Positions 62,473 through 64,000 of a DNA stretch of 64,000 bases are shown here, one piece after another. Source of the stretch: a bacterium. Its GTDB lineage: Bacteria > UBA8248 > JACPRG01 > G963555815. Under the pieces are notes generated by a model, which was not told the DNA's origin, made no database searches, and saw nothing but the letters and a program-made list of their open reading frames with translations. Where the stretch lies: contig OZ244653.1 in NCBI GenBank assembly GCA_965218795.1, positions 3,936,001 to 4,000,000 on the forward strand. The letters are read 5' to 3'. A program made the translations under genes and the position numbers. The stretch's first letter is position 1, and each line of letters begins with the position of its first letter.

Positions 62473-63822
62473 ATGGAAGCCGCTGACCTTTTGATCCATG
62501 ACGGGGTTCTTGTCACCCTCGACGATGAAGATCGGATCTTCCGCGGCTCCGTCGCCATCCGCGGCGACCGCATCATCGCCACAGGACCGACGGATGAACT
62601 GGACGCCGCCTACCAGGCCTCCAGCACCCTGGAGGCCCGCGAGCGTATCGTCCTGCCCGGCCTGATCGACATGCACAACCACTTGCGGGACTTGGCGCCC
62701 GGCCTGTCCTTCGGCCAGGGGCTGAAGCTGGACGCCTACCTTCGCGCCGGTTGGGAGATGAACCAAAGCCTCATCGAAGAGGACTACTACTGCGGCGCGA
62801 TGCTCGGCGCCATCCGTCTGCTGAAGGCCGGTGTGACCTCGGTCGTCGACCACTGCTACCCCTTCCATCTTCCGGATCTGGAACCGACGGTCATGCGGGC
62901 CTTCAACGACATCGGCATTCGCGGGTATCTCGCCCGGGGGATTATGACCAAGCCCTTCGAGCCCATCTGTGAAACGCGCCGGGACGCCCTGGACCGGATC
63001 CGCCGGCTGGTCGGGGAAGGATATGTTCCCGCCGAAAGGCTCTTCGTCGCGCCTGTGTCCTTCCGCCAGGCAATCCCCGACGATTACCGTGAGTCCCGGA
63101 AGCTGGCCGATGAGCTGGGCGTCGGCACGTACACTCACATCGCCGAAACCGCGCAGGAGGTCGAGGGCATTATCGAGGAATACGGCGAGCGGCCCATCCA
63201 TTTCCTCCACGAGTTGGGTTTCTCCGGCCCCAAGACCGTCCTGGTCCACTGCGTTCTGTTGGAAGATTCGGAAATCGAGCGGCTCGCGGAGAACCGGACG
63301 ACCGTCGTCCACTGTCCCTCCAACCACATGAAGCTCGCGAAGGGGATCACGAGGGTGCCCGATCTGCTCCGGGCGGGGGTGAACCTGACGCTTGGCGTGG
63401 ACGTGATGGACAACCTGTGGACGGAGATGCGAAACGAACTGCAGCTTCAAAGCATCGCGAACCTGAATCCCCAGGCGGTGCCGCAGATGGCTCCGCTCCA
63501 CATGGCCACGCGCAACGGCGCCAGGGCGCTCGGCATGGAAGGCGACCTCGGTGTCCTGAAGGCGGGCGCCAGGGCCGACATCTCGATGGTCGACATCGGC
63601 GGGTCCTCCGCCCACCCCTTCATCGACGCGATTCATCACCTTTTGTGGCGGACGGAGGGGGCGGACGTTCAGACCGTCATTGTGGACGGCAAGGTCGTTA
63701 TGGAGGATCGGGTGCTGCGAACCATCGATGAGGCCGGGATGCTGGATCGCATCGAGCGCTCCGCCCACAACTACATCCAGAGGGCGGGCAAGGATCATCT
63801 CATTCCAGACTATGCTCGGTAG
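62473..63822 (+). CDS. Amidohydrolase (MTA/SAH deaminase-like)
   Basis: PGLIDMHNH, THIAET, VHCV, HCPSNHMKL, GARAD. Confidence 0.9.
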   Translation: MEAADLLIHDGVLVTLDDEDRIFRGSVAIRGDRIIATGPTDELDAAYQASSTLEARERIVLPGLIDMHNHLRDLAPGLSFGQGLKLDAYLRAGWEMNQSLIEEDYYCGAMLGAIRLLKAGVTSVVDHCYPFHLPDLEPTVMRAFNDIGIRGYLARGIMTKPFEPICETRRDALDRIRRLVGEGYVPAERLFVAPVSFRQAIPDDYRESRKLADELGVGTYTHIAETAQEVEGIIEEYGERPIHFLHELGFSGPKTVLVHCVLLEDSEIERLAENRTTVVHCPSNHMKLAKGITRVPDLLRAGVNLTLGVDVMDNLWTEMRNELQLQSIANLNPQAVPQMAPLHMATRNGARALGMEGDLGVLKAGARADISMVDIGGSSAHPFIDAIHHLLWRTEGADVQTVIVDGKVVMEDRVLRTIDEAGMLDRIERSAHNYIQRAGKDHLIPDYAR

Positions 63823-64000
63823 ACCTTTCCCCTTCGTTTCATTTTTCGCCTCGCGGAAACAAAAACAGGATAAATCATGTGTATGACCAGGTTTCTTTCC
63901 TCAGTCGATGGGCCGCCTCCCCATATTGCGACAGCCCTGGTGAGGACGCTCGCTGTTGTAGAACTTGACGAGGCGTCTTGACGAGGCGTCCCCAAACCAC

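Noticed and set aside
63964-63990. 13-bp tandem duplication CTTGACGAGGCGT
   Set aside because: Two copies at the window edge, no context.

Overview
GC-rich bacterial chromosomal window, possibly from a host-associated or marine lineage (inference only). It has four parts. (1) 0-14 kb, a nitrogen-assimilation block: binding protein plus sensor kinase, circularly permuted ATP-grasp/alpha-E/transglutaminase operon, Amt, GS type III, and GS type I with a 3x19-aa N-terminal repeat, followed by tRNA-Ala. (2) 15-31 kb, a putative N-heterocycle catabolic region: fused Fe-S/Mo hydroxylase, C-N hydrolase, cyclase, alpha/beta hydrolase, three NMT1/THI5-type binding proteins, an IS630 and a decayed NHLP RiPP precursor. 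(3) 32-46 kb, a decayed mobile zone: integrase stump, nested ORF-less group II intron pair, autotransporter stump, IS3, IS5, a half tRNA-Leu(CAG), tRNA-Arg, a dense hairpin array upstream of a methyltransferase, and a doubly frameshifted NgoMIV-like R-M pair. (4) 47-64 kb: nitrilase, ACT protein, amidohydrolase, an AhpD-like gene with an in-frame TGA (CxxU) and SECIS-like hairpin that the ORF track splits in two, and an ABC transporter/2xLLM/acyl-CoA ligase/opine dehydrogenase/UbiD/amidohydrolase cluster of unknown substrate. All family calls come from motif recognition by eye; no searches were run.
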